Assembly: GCA_021463465.1 (NCBI GenBank)
Contig: JAJTYH010000003.1
Span: 351,942 to 415,941, forward strand
DNA length: 64,000 nt
From: a bacterium
GTDB taxonomy: Bacteria > Patescibacteriota > Dojkabacteria > SC72
Reading direction: 5' to 3'
In this document: positions 27,107-35,807 of the stretch, in pieces
Position numbering within the stretch: the first letter of the stretch is position 1
How the letters are laid out: every line of letters begins with the position of its first letter
Translations under genes and position numbers: made by a program
The notes under the pieces: model-generated
Seen by the model: only the letters and a program-made list of their open reading frames with translations
Database searches by the model: none
What the model was told of the DNA's origin: nothing

Positions 27107-28195
27107 TTACTTATCCCACTTGAACATTCTGGATGTGACTACGTATACCACTATTGCCCAAATGAGAAGTACAAGTAAGTGAGTCCCTACTTCACTGAAA
27201 CTTGCCCCTTCGAAGGCAATCTTTCTCATAGCTTCATTGAGATGTGTGAGAGGCATTAGGTGACCAATTGGTTGTAACCAGGTTGGGAATACATCTACTG
27301 GAAAGAAAACTCCACCAAGAAGAAATTGGGGAAGTGTAAATAGGTTGGCGATTGGTGCGACCGAATTTTCATCTCTGGATATGCTTGAAATCATTAAACC
27401 CATTCCCAAGAATACGATTAATCCAGCCATTGCAATAATTATCATTTCTATTGCTGTCCAGACACCGTGCACCAGTGTGAAATCAAAGAAGAAGTAGCCT
27501 ATCGCAATTATTAGTATAGCTTGGAATGTTGAGAAGATAAGTCGTGATAATCCTTCGGCCAGAAGGATGTTAATTCTTTTGATAGGGGTTGCAAAGAAAC
27601 GTTTCAATACTAAAGTTTCTTTGAGGGATAGTAACACGAAGGCACTCCCGAAAATTCCTGAGTTTAGTAGTGCGAAACCTAGCTGTCCTGGGAGTATGAA
27701 ATCAATTTGTTTGTACTCTCTACCTGCAATTGACGTGGTTTGTAATGTTGCACTTTCTGTTATTTCATTTGTGGCCAGGTTTACATCTGTTACCAGACTT
27801 TTGAGAATTGAGGTGACGATTGAACCATTAGTCACGGAAGCTTCAGATGTAGTGAGGTCTATTTCAGATTTGCCATTAGTTTGTGTGATTTTCACTATCG
27901 CATCTATCTGTCCACTCTCCAAAGCTTCGTATGCCTCGTTATAGTTTTCGTAATCAACTTGTTTAAGTGGTTTGATTTGTTCGAATAGAGAATAAATGGG
28001 TGCGGATTTATTGGTTGAAGAATCTAGATAGATATCATAGGTACTTCCTCCGTTGCCAAGTAGTCCGAAAATGGCGATGAAGATAACTGGAAATATAATG
28101 CTGAATACCACTGCAGAAGGGTTGTGGATTAATGAGATAAGACTGGCTTTAGTGATTGCAAGCATAGCTTTTATTTGGCTGTACCTTTTACTCAT
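27107..28195 (-). CDS. ABC-2 family transporter permease
   Basis: 362 aa, with an N-terminal TM, a large extracytoplasmic loop and five C-terminal TMs. It overlaps the upstream ATPase gene. Confidence 0.75.
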   Translation of the reverse strand: MSKRYSQIKAMLAITKASLISLIHNPSAVVFSIIFPVIFIAIFGLLGNGGSTYDIYLDSSTNKSAPIYSLFEQIKPLKQVDYENYNEAYEALESGQIDAIVKITQTNGKSEIDLTTSEASVTNGSIVTSILKSLVTDVNLATNEITESATLQTTSIAGREYKQIDFILPGQLGFALLNSGIFGSAFVLLSLKETLVLKRFFATPIKRINILLAEGLSRLIFSTFQAILIIAIGYFFFDFTLVHGVWTAIEMIIIAMAGLIVFLGMGLMISSISRDENSVAPIANLFTLPQFLLGGVFFPVDVFPTWLQPIGHLMPLTHLNEAMRKIAFEGASFSEVGTHLLVLLIWAIVVYVVTSRMFKWDK

Positions 28196-28952
28196 CTCTT
28201 AGTTCCCGACCTGTTAACTTAATAAATACATCTTCGAGGTTCGCCTCACGTACTTTTATTTCCTTTTTAAATCCAGATTTAATGAGTTTATCGATCAGTT
28301 TGTCAGGTGTATCGAGCGCAATAATCTTTCCTTCGTCCATGATTCCAACGCGGTCGCACAAATATTGTGCTTCATCCATGTAATGAGTTGTAAGAACTAT
28401 TGTAATACCTGAATCTCTAAGCTCTTTGACAAGCTCCCATAGATTTCGTCTAGCTTGAGGATCAAGACCAGTAGTTGGTTCGTCTAAGAAAATAATCAAT
28501 GGTTTGTTGACCAGAGTAGTGGCAATTGAGAATCTTTGCTTCTGACCACCTGAGAGTTTTTTATAAACTGAAGTAGCTTTGTCACCTAATCCGACTTTTT
28601 TAAGTAGTTTGAGAGGGTCTGATGTTACGTCGTAAAGCCCGTTAAATAGTTCAATGATTTGTTTCAGATTCAAGTTGGGGTAAAAGCCCGATTCTTGGAG
28701 CTGAATACCAATAATCTCTTTGATTTTCTCTGGCTCCTTATTGATTGAAAAACCTTTAACTATAACATCTCCCTCGGTTTCATCTCGAAGTGTCTCAATA
28801 ATCTCAAGGGTTGTTGTTTTTCCGGCTCCGTTTGGACCTAACAATCCAAAAATTTCTCCTTCGTAAACTTGGAATGAAACACCTTTTACCGCGGTAAAAT
28901 CGTTGTATTTCTTGATTATATTTTTAACTTCAATGATAGTTTTCCTTGCCAT
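28188..28952 (-). CDS. ABC transporter ATP-binding protein
   Basis: Walker A GPNGAGKTTTL, signature LSGGQKQRFSIA, and Walker B IIFLDEPTTGLD. Confidence 0.9.
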   Translation of the reverse strand: MARKTIIEVKNIIKKYNDFTAVKGVSFQVYEGEIFGLLGPNGAGKTTTLEIIETLRDETEGDVIVKGFSINKEPEKIKEIIGIQLQESGFYPNLNLKQIIELFNGLYDVTSDPLKLLKKVGLGDKATSVYKKLSGGQKQRFSIATTLVNKPLIIFLDEPTTGLDPQARRNLWELVKELRDSGITIVLTTHYMDEAQYLCDRVGIMDEGKIIALDTPDKLIDKLIKSGFKKEIKVREANLEDVFIKLTGRELRDE

Positions 28953-29013
28953 GCGCCTGGGAATGTTAGCTCAAAATCCGCCCACTGGCAATCGGTATTC
29001 TGTATAATTGTGT

Positions 29014-29880
29014 ATGGATTTGAAATTTACACAGAACTTTCTGACAAATGAGCCTTTAGTTAAAAGGTTGGTTGAAACTTCAAATATTGCGCAAGGGGAT
29101 ATTGTTGTGGAGATTGGAGGTGGGAAAGGTGCCATAACCAAGCATTTGGTTGAAAAGGTTGGTGGCACTGGGAAAGTTATTGTTGTGGAATTAGATGCTC
29201 AATTGGCTAAGCAACTGCGTGAAAAGTTCAACAATGTTGAAATATTACAACAAGATGTTAGGGACTTTGAGTGGCCAAATAAATACTTCAAGGTATTTTC
29301 AAATATTCCTTTTAATATTACTTCGAACATCTTCAATTCATTGTTAAACCCTGAATTAGAACTTCATACCGCTTATTTAATTATGCAAGAAGAAGCTGCT
29401 TTGATGTATGGAGGTAGGGCAATTGGATCTTCAGTAGAAACTCTGAAGTCTTTCTTAGGTGCGCCTTTCTATGACTTTACAGTCGTTCATAAGTTTATTG
29501 CATCTGATTTCTCTCCCAGACCCAACGTTGATGTTGTTTGTTTAAAAGTTGAACGAAAGACTTCACCGCTTGTTTCTTTAGAGAGATTTGAAAAATATTG
29601 TGACTTTTTAGCTTTTGTGATCTCAAGCCCTTACGGTAGAGGTAATTGGGAGAAACTTTTTACTTCTAAACAACTGCAATACATGTCAAAGCTGTATAAA
29701 CTTAAGTTTGGTGTAGGCATGAGTGGACAACCTCAGGATGCAGTAATAGGGTCCTTTCTGTCTTTTTTGGAGAAGGTGTCAGAGTTAAATAAGAAAAAAG
29801 TTGATGGAGCATTTTCTACTCTTCAATATCAACAAATGAAACTGTCAAAGATTAATAGGACTCGCGCTACAGGATATTGA
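29014..29880 (+). CDS. rRNA adenine N6-methyltransferase, Erm/KsgA family with Erm-like motifs
   Basis: FTQNFLTNE (QNFL box), motif I VEIGGGKGAIT (GxGKG as in ErmC FEIGSGKGHFT, versus GPGLGALT in KsgA), motif IV FSNIPFNITS (Erm GNIPYNIST), and FSPRPNVDVVCLKV (Erm FHPKPKVNSSLIRL). The track ORF starts two codons earlier, at 29008. Confidence 0.75.
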   Translation: MDLKFTQNFLTNEPLVKRLVETSNIAQGDIVVEIGGGKGAITKHLVEKVGGTGKVIVVELDAQLAKQLREKFNNVEILQQDVRDFEWPNKYFKVFSNIPFNITSNIFNSLLNPELELHTAYLIMQEEAALMYGGRAIGSSVETLKSFLGAPFYDFTVVHKFIASDFSPRPNVDVVCLKVERKTSPLVSLERFEKYCDFLAFVISSPYGRGNWEKLFTSKQLQYMSKLYKLKFGVGMSGQPQDAVIGSFLSFLEKVSELNKKKVDGAFSTLQYQQMKLSKINRTRATGY

Positions 29881-29933
29881 AGTTTCTTGCCAGTTGGTAT
29901 ACGCTGTATACTAGTAATATATCCGATTTAAAT

Positions 29934-30284
29934 ATGGCTAAACCCTCAGTCAACTTTCTACGATCAGAAAACCTCGAATTTAATACTGGAATTGACCTGA
30001 ATCGTGAATTGGTGAATCATCCTCTCTCTACATTTTTTCTCAGAGTCGCTGATGAAATCCCTGGAGAAGATTCAATTATAAGAGGTGATGTATTGGTAGT
30101 TGACCGTTCTGAAGTCTTAGTTGAGGGTAAAAACTTAGTTTATTCTGACGGTGATAGATTGCTTTGGGGGCAAGTAATCAAAAAGGTCGACGGTTTTTGG
30201 ATTAGGAGAGGTGAACAGTATTTCAAATTGAATGAAGAAACTGAAGTGTGGGGTAATATAACTTATATTATTCGCAAAGTATGA
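29934..30284 (+). CDS. UmuD'-like protein (S24 peptidase fold, apparently lacking catalytic Ser and cleavable N-terminus)
   Basis: GIDLNRELVNHPLSTFFLRVADEIPGEDSIIRGDVLVVD...QVIKKV aligns with E. coli UmuD [39 protein letters not shown]...TVKKL. The Ser of GDSM aligns to Ile, while the Lys is conserved. Only 19 aa precede the IDLN block, against about 41 in UmuD, with no Cys-Gly/Ala-Gly site. The track start is TTG 29877 and ATG 29934 is preferred. The stop overlaps the next gene (ATGA). Confidence 0.65.
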   Translation: MAKPSVNFLRSENLEFNTGIDLNRELVNHPLSTFFLRVADEIPGEDSIIRGDVLVVDRSEVLVEGKNLVYSDGDRLLWGQVIKKVDGFWIRRGEQYFKLNEETEVWGNITYIIRKV

Positions 30285-31513
30285 AAAAAGTCTTTATGTT
30301 AGTTGATTGCAATAATTTTTTTGTGTCATGTGAGCGGGTTTTCAATCCGAAATTGCGAAGTGTCCCCACAGTAGTACTTTCAAATAATGAAGCCTGTGTT
30401 ATTGCCAGATCTAATGAAGCGAAGGATATAGGGATAAAGATGGCTGAGCCAGTCTTTAAGTGCCGCGATATCCTGAATTTCTTTGATGTGAAATGTTTTT
30501 CTACTAATTTCGCTCTTTATGGAGATTTATCTTCTAGGGTTATGAGGATTTTGGAAAGTTTTTCACCTAAAGTTGAAAGCTACTCTGTCGACGAAGCCTT
30601 CTTAGATATCACGGATTTAGAAGAGGCTAACTACTTCGATTTTGGTAAAGCTGTAGGGGATCGGGTTTACAAATATGTCGGCATACCCGTTTCCGTAGGT
30701 ATTGCGCCTACTAAAACCCTAGCCAAGATTGCATCCAAACAAGCCAAAAGAAGTGGAGGAGTTTGTGTCCTTTTAGAAGGGGTCAATACAGTTTTGAAAG
30801 CTACACCTGTAGGGGAAGTGTGGGGTATTGGTTGGGCTTCAACCAAGAAGCTAAGGCAAAATAGCGTTCATACCGCTTATGATTTCGTCAATCAAAAACC
30901 TTCATGGATTGTAAATCGGTTTGGTGTGGGAGGAGCTCGGACTTACTGGGAACTTAAAGGCAAGAGTGTCTCTGAAGTAAATAATGCTAAAGCTTTGCCT
31001 AAATCTATGGCTCACACGCGCTCTTTTAAGAATCCAATTACCGAGAAATCTGAAATGCGCAAACGTCTAGTTAATTTTGCGAGTAGCGTAGCTGCGGCCT
31101 TGAGGGCAGACAATCTTTTATGCCATGAGGTTATTGTTTTTCTTAAAGGAGATAAAAACCGTGACGTCTACTATTCTAACGGCGTCACCTTGCCGTTGGA
31201 AAATTACAGTAACCTGCGAACTGACATTGTGAAGTTGGTTGGGAAAGGATTGGATCGTTTGTTCAAATCCGGTGAAAGGTATAAAAGAGCTGGGATTGTA
31301 GCGATTAATATCATCTCATCTAAAGATAATAATTCGCTCTTTGAGAACAATACAAAACGAAAGGAAGTTGCAGAACGTGCGGTCGATCTCTTAAATGCTA
31401 AATGGGGGCGAACAATTACGGTGGCTTCAGATATGTTGGTGAAACCAGAGAAAACGTTTAGCAGGAGTCCTGAGTTCACTACTAAGTGGCAGGAGTTGGC
31501 TTTAGTTTTTTGA
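30281..31513 (+). CDS. Y-family translesion DNA polymerase (UmuC/DinB-like)
   Basis: N-terminal catalytic blocks LVDCNNFFVSCE and SVDEAFLDIT (acidic triad), with palm/fingers/little-finger length of 410 aa. Confidence 0.85.
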   Translation: MKKVFMLVDCNNFFVSCERVFNPKLRSVPTVVLSNNEACVIARSNEAKDIGIKMAEPVFKCRDILNFFDVKCFSTNFALYGDLSSRVMRILESFSPKVESYSVDEAFLDITDLEEANYFDFGKAVGDRVYKYVGIPVSVGIAPTKTLAKIASKQAKRSGGVCVLLEGVNTVLKATPVGEVWGIGWASTKKLRQNSVHTAYDFVNQKPSWIVNRFGVGGARTYWELKGKSVSEVNNAKALPKSMAHTRSFKNPITEKSEMRKRLVNFASSVAAALRADNLLCHEVIVFLKGDKNRDVYYSNGVTLPLENYSNLRTDIVKLVGKGLDRLFKSGERYKRAGIVAINIISSKDNNSLFENNTKRKEVAERAVDLLNAKWGRTITVASDMLVKPEKTFSRSPEFTTKWQELALVF

Positions 31514-32522
31514 ACGATCGAAAAACAAATAGACCAAGTAGTGCTGGTAACCATAAAGTCATTATTCGATATGAAAGAATTGCGACCACAGCATGTTCTG
31601 AGGGTACCCCTATTGATACGGCTGTAATCTGAGCTAATCCTTCGACTATACCAACACCTTGGGGAGTTGGTGAGACTGAAGAGAATAAGACAATAGTCCC
31701 ATAAATAGCTATTACAATCTCGATTGCTGGTGAATCCCCATAAGCCTTGAAAGCGATAGCTAGGATTAGGATATTGAGTAAGTGATAGAGCAAAGACAAA
31801 GGAAGTGAACCTAAGAACTTTGAAAGTGAGTGACTGAAGTTTCCTGAAGCCTTTTGTACCTCATGAATGTATCCGGATAGTTTGGTTGTATTGATAAGTG
31901 ATTTCCGAAGTACTGGTTTGAAAAGAATGTTTGAAAAGTTACCTGCAAAAGTTGCGGCTTTAATGCTGAATTGCGGAAGAAGAAGTATAAAAGAAATTAC
32001 CCCGATTATTACCAGATTGATGATTAAAAGCACTTGAGAGGCTATTATTTGATAGTCATTTAAGTGATTGGTTAAGTTAAGATACCAGAGTGTTGTTCCA
32101 AGCACTGGGGAAAATGCAATACTGATTGAAAGCTGTGCTGCAAAGATAGAGAAGATACTACGCATGTAATTGTTGCCTTGATCGACAAGGCGTTTGACCA
32201 TATAGGCTGTAGCTCCCGTTGCTCCTAAAGGGTTAGATATTGTTACAAAAGAGTTGATAATGATTTCTGGTAGTAATTTCCCCAGGTTCACTGTTTGTGC
32301 AAAAATCGCGAAGTTTGATCTAAAAATCATTGTTGTAACACTGAGGTTTCCCATCGCTAATAGGACTCCCCAACCTAACAGGACATAATCCGCCTCCCTT
32401 ATCGTATTTAAAATCTTCTGGTAATCACCTGCACTGCGATAAAGTAACCAGAGGAAGAATAGTATGACTCCCCATGAAATAGCAGTTTTTAATACCTTTT
32501 TGATTAAAACGGAAATTTTCAT
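31482..32522 (-). CDS. UPF0104 / lysylphosphatidylglycerol-synthase-TM-like (flippase-like) membrane protein
   Basis: 346-aa polytopic protein with a topology and sequence style matching the PF03706 family, which often accompanies glycosyltransferases. Confidence 0.5.
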   Translation of the reverse strand: MKISVLIKKVLKTAISWGVILFFLWLLYRSAGDYQKILNTIREADYVLLGWGVLLAMGNLSVTTMIFRSNFAIFAQTVNLGKLLPEIIINSFVTISNPLGATGATAYMVKRLVDQGNNYMRSIFSIFAAQLSISIAFSPVLGTTLWYLNLTNHLNDYQIIASQVLLIINLVIIGVISFILLLPQFSIKAATFAGNFSNILFKPVLRKSLINTTKLSGYIHEVQKASGNFSHSLSKFLGSLPLSLLYHLLNILILAIAFKAYGDSPAIEIVIAIYGTIVLFSSVSPTPQGVGIVEGLAQITAVSIGVPSEHAVVAILSYRIMTLWLPALLGLFVFRSFKKLKPTPAT

Positions 32523-32559
32523 TTTTTCAGTATAGCGATAAAAGAGAGGTGAGTAAAAG

Positions 32560-33243
32560 TTAGCGGGTACCTCGGATTACAAGTAATTTTTTGGTGTCAG
32601 GATTTAAAACCGGCTTGCCGTCTTGAATATAATTTAGTTTGAAACCCGATGTTTTAAGTAGGCGCTCAAGTTTTGTGAAATTAGTTCCGGGGTGATACTC
32701 CACGGCAATATTTTTGATTAAAGAGAGTTTCGAAGAAACTTCGTTGAGCACATTTAATTCATTGCCCTCTATATCAAGCTTCAGAATATCGAATTCTGTT
32801 TCAATGTATTTTGATAAGGGCTCCGTCACAATTTTTATCGGAGATGTTAATGTGTTCGCATTCCACCCTCCGTGTTTGAGGCCACCTGTTGAGAGCCAAG
32901 CGTCTTCTGTCGGATCAGTATGAAAGTCTTTTTCGCCTGGGGTGCTGTCGACTCCAATATTTAATAGGGTAACGCCTTCAATCTTGTTTACGAATATGTT
33001 CTCTTCAAGGATGGAAAAGAGTTTTGGATTGGGTTCAAAGGCTGTTATTTGTGAATCGGGAAATTCTCGTTTGAAAAAGAGTGTAGCCAAACCTACATGT
33101 GCACCGACGTCCAAAATTTTCGGTGTTGAACTTTGGATTGGAAAATCATAGATACGATTATTAAAAATTTCGTTCTTTAAGATATGATACTCCTGTGAGT
33201 TGGTCGATGTGATGTGATATTTATATAGGTTCGTTGTGAACAT
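32560..33243 (-). CDS. FkbM-family SAM-dependent methyltransferase
   Basis: ILDVGAHVGLATLFFKREFPDSQITAFEPNPKLFSIL matches the FkbM motif (fDvGAn.G...~~~v.afEPnp). Confidence 0.7.
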   Translation of the reverse strand: MFTTNLYKYHITSTNSQEYHILKNEIFNNRIYDFPIQSSTPKILDVGAHVGLATLFFKREFPDSQITAFEPNPKLFSILEENIFVNKIEGVTLLNIGVDSTPGEKDFHTDPTEDAWLSTGGLKHGGWNANTLTSPIKIVTEPLSKYIETEFDILKLDIEGNELNVLNEVSSKLSLIKNIAVEYHPGTNFTKLERLLKTSGFKLNYIQDGKPVLNPDTKKLLVIRGTR

Positions 33244-33286
33244 ACCGTATTTTATTGTATTGTTCTAGATATGTAAAAAAGAAATT

Positions 33287-34924
33287 ATGCGGATTAGTTA
33301 CACGGATACAACCAAACCAGAAGAAAAACCAAAGAGTCAAGTCAAGCTTAGGCACTTTCTTGTGGTCTTTGCTTCTGCGTTTTTAATAACTTTCCTTTGG
33401 TTAGGAGGAAGCGAAGCTTTAAAAACTCCTAGATTTGTTAAACCTTATGAGACTTTCTCTTTGGAACTTCCGTCTGACTTACCAGCAGAAATTAAAACAA
33501 AATTGGAGGAAGATCTGAGTAAGATTGCACTTGAGGGTAAACCTAGGTTCAGTTTTAGCAAGGAGGGTGAATTTGAATTAGGATTCTCTGCTGGGTCAGG
33601 CATTTTGAATTATTATGTTGTGCCAGTGGCACATTTGTACGCAATTGTTGATGATTTTAATCCTGCAAAGCAAAAGATGGTGTTTAGCTCATCTTTACCG
33701 ACTCAAGTAAAGCACTTGCTCTTAGAAGACTATCCTCAAGCTAAAGAAGTCGAAGATATAGATAAGGTTTTAGATGAAGCTGGGAAGACCGTGGCTTTAG
33801 TGGAAGTTAAGACACTCAAGGCTACAAACAAATTGCTTAAATTTGAGGGTAAGTATTTTTTGGATGATAACAACGGATCTCTGGTTTACAGCTTAGGTAT
33901 TAAATCTGGTAACACTTTTGTGTCGGATTTAATTAGGCGTAATGTTGTTGGGCTTAAAGAGTTCGCTTTTGACACAAGTACCATCTCAAAAGTTAATCAA
34001 ACGGGAGTAACTGCAATTACCAGGGCTTTAGCAAAAAAGATTGATGCAAGCGGAGATTTCGCATATCCGGCTAAAAAGATTTCGGAGTTTTTAAAAGATG
34101 TGGATATTACTCATGTGAGTAATGAGATTTCATCGGTACCAGGGTGCGTTCCTACTGATGGGTTAAGGTTTTGTGCCAAACCAGAATATTTGAAGGTTTT
34201 AGAAGAGAGTGGTGTGGATGTAGTTGAGCTAACAGGGAATCACAATAACGATTATGGTGCCAGTTTTAACTTATCAACGATAAAGTCCTACGAAAAAATG
34301 GGTCTTAAGTATTTTGGTGGTGGAAAAGATAAGGAGGATGCAGCCAAAATTCTCTACCTTGAAAATAAGGGTACTAAATTAGCATTCATTGGTTATAACT
34401 ATTATGACACTATTTTAGGAACAGGGGCTTTGGCAGGTGAAGATAGAGCGGGGGCAAATATATACTCTGACAGGAAAATGGAGAAAGATATCCAGAAGGC
34501 CAGGAGCGAAGCAGATGTAGTGATTGTCGACTTCCAATTCCAAGAATGTTACTCGTACCCATCTTCGGATGTGATTTACCCTATCTGTTACAAGCCATTG
34601 GCTTCACCAGATCAGAAAGGTTTGTTTCGTAAAGCAGTTGATTATGGTGCTGATATTGTAGTAGGCACCCAGGCGCACCAGCCACAAACCTTTGAAGCAT
34701 ACAAAGGTAAATTGATATTTTACGGTTTAGGGAATCTGTTCTTCGATCAGATTAATTGGATTGGCACCCGACACGGTTTGATTCTCACCCATTATTTTTC
34801 AAAAGGTAAGTTGATACAAACCAAGTTAACAACTACCAATTACGACGGTGATATGCAGACATATGTTACAAAGGGGGCTCAAAGGGTTCAACTACTTAAT
34901 CTTATAAAAGTAGCTAGGGATTGA
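33287..34924 (+). CDS. CapA/PGA_cap-family metallophosphatase-like capsule/exopolymer biosynthesis protein, membrane-anchored
   Basis: N-terminal TM. C-terminal blocks GNHNNDYG, ADVVIVDFQFQE, GTQAHQPQ and FYGLGNLFFDQ are characteristic of CapA (PF09587). Confidence 0.7.
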   Translation: MRISYTDTTKPEEKPKSQVKLRHFLVVFASAFLITFLWLGGSEALKTPRFVKPYETFSLELPSDLPAEIKTKLEEDLSKIALEGKPRFSFSKEGEFELGFSAGSGILNYYVVPVAHLYAIVDDFNPAKQKMVFSSSLPTQVKHLLLEDYPQAKEVEDIDKVLDEAGKTVALVEVKTLKATNKLLKFEGKYFLDDNNGSLVYSLGIKSGNTFVSDLIRRNVVGLKEFAFDTSTISKVNQTGVTAITRALAKKIDASGDFAYPAKKISEFLKDVDITHVSNEISSVPGCVPTDGLRFCAKPEYLKVLEESGVDVVELTGNHNNDYGASFNLSTIKSYEKMGLKYFGGGKDKEDAAKILYLENKGTKLAFIGYNYYDTILGTGALAGEDRAGANIYSDRKMEKDIQKARSEADVVIVDFQFQECYSYPSSDVIYPICYKPLASPDQKGLFRKAVDYGADIVVGTQAHQPQTFEAYKGKLIFYGLGNLFFDQINWIGTRHGLILTHYFSKGKLIQTKLTTTNYDGDMQTYVTKGAQRVQLLNLIKVARD

Positions 34925-35175
34925 TACTGATATCCTGGATTGTGCCTTCACTTTCCCATGATTTTGTTGTAAAATCGTCGACTTCCCTAATTTGTTATTA
35001 ATACATTAATTGGTTGAGTTCTTACAAGGATTAAATCTAGATATTGCTCCGATGTATAAGTATTTAATCACGCTTTACTCTGGATTTTTGATTCTTGTTG
35101 TATTAACGAATATAACTGCTTTTTCTATGTACTATATATATAAATTTATTCCAATTCGACCTACGGTAAGAAGAA

Positions 35176-35805
35176 ATGGTAAAAAAGTCCCAAATCAAAA
35201 AAAGTATTAGTATTAGCTTTGAAACAGTTATATTAATTATAATTGGCCTGTTCTCGCTGCTGTTTACAATTTATATCATTCTGAATGCCTATGAGCAGGT
35301 GTTTTTTCAAGATATAAGATACCTGCAGACCCTTAGGCGATTCAGAAACAACTTTGTATTGGAATTGATTGAACAGAAGATTTTTACAGCGGGTAGTGAT
35401 GTGAGTTTGCATGAAATAACCAAGGACAATTTCAGGTATATAAGTTTTCCATCTATCAATAGTAGTATTGAGGTTACTGCTTCTTTAAAAAAAGGTGATC
35501 AGTATTACATCAGGGGGAATAAAGCCCATGTGATTAGGAGGGAAAATAGTAATGACACACTTGTATATTTTGATGAGAAATGGAGAACAACATTAAGCAT
35601 GGATGAGCTTGATATAAATAGCCTTATTTTTCTATCATCAAATGATGTAAATTACCTCTTTAAAATTTCTAATATCGCAATTAAGACAGATGAATTTAAA
35701 ACTGATAGTGAGGAAAATCTAGTCCCTAAGCTTTTTATTGTTTGCGAGAATAGTAATAGGGTAAAAATAATTACTGCTGAATTAGTAAATGCAACAAGAA
35801 AATAA
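35176..35805 (+). CDS. hypothetical single-pass membrane protein
   Basis: 209 aa. The N-terminus is KK-rich then a TM (VILIIIGLFSLLFTIYIIL). It lies directly upstream of the GT2 synthase. A 66-aa overlapping ORF at 35010..35210 is also possible. Confidence 0.4.
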   Translation: MVKKSQIKKSISISFETVILIIIGLFSLLFTIYIILNAYEQVFFQDIRYLQTLRRFRNNFVLELIEQKIFTAGSDVSLHEITKDNFRYISFPSINSSIEVTASLKKGDQYYIRGNKAHVIRRENSNDTLVYFDEKWRTTLSMDELDINSLIFLSSNDVNYLFKISNIAIKTDEFKTDSEENLVPKLFIVCENSNRVKIITAELVNATRK

Positions 35806-35807
35806 CT

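Noticed and set aside
35010-35210. 66-aa ORF as an independent gene
   Set aside because: It overlaps the start of the better-supported 209-aa membrane ORF. It is kept only as a possibility in the evidence for that feature.
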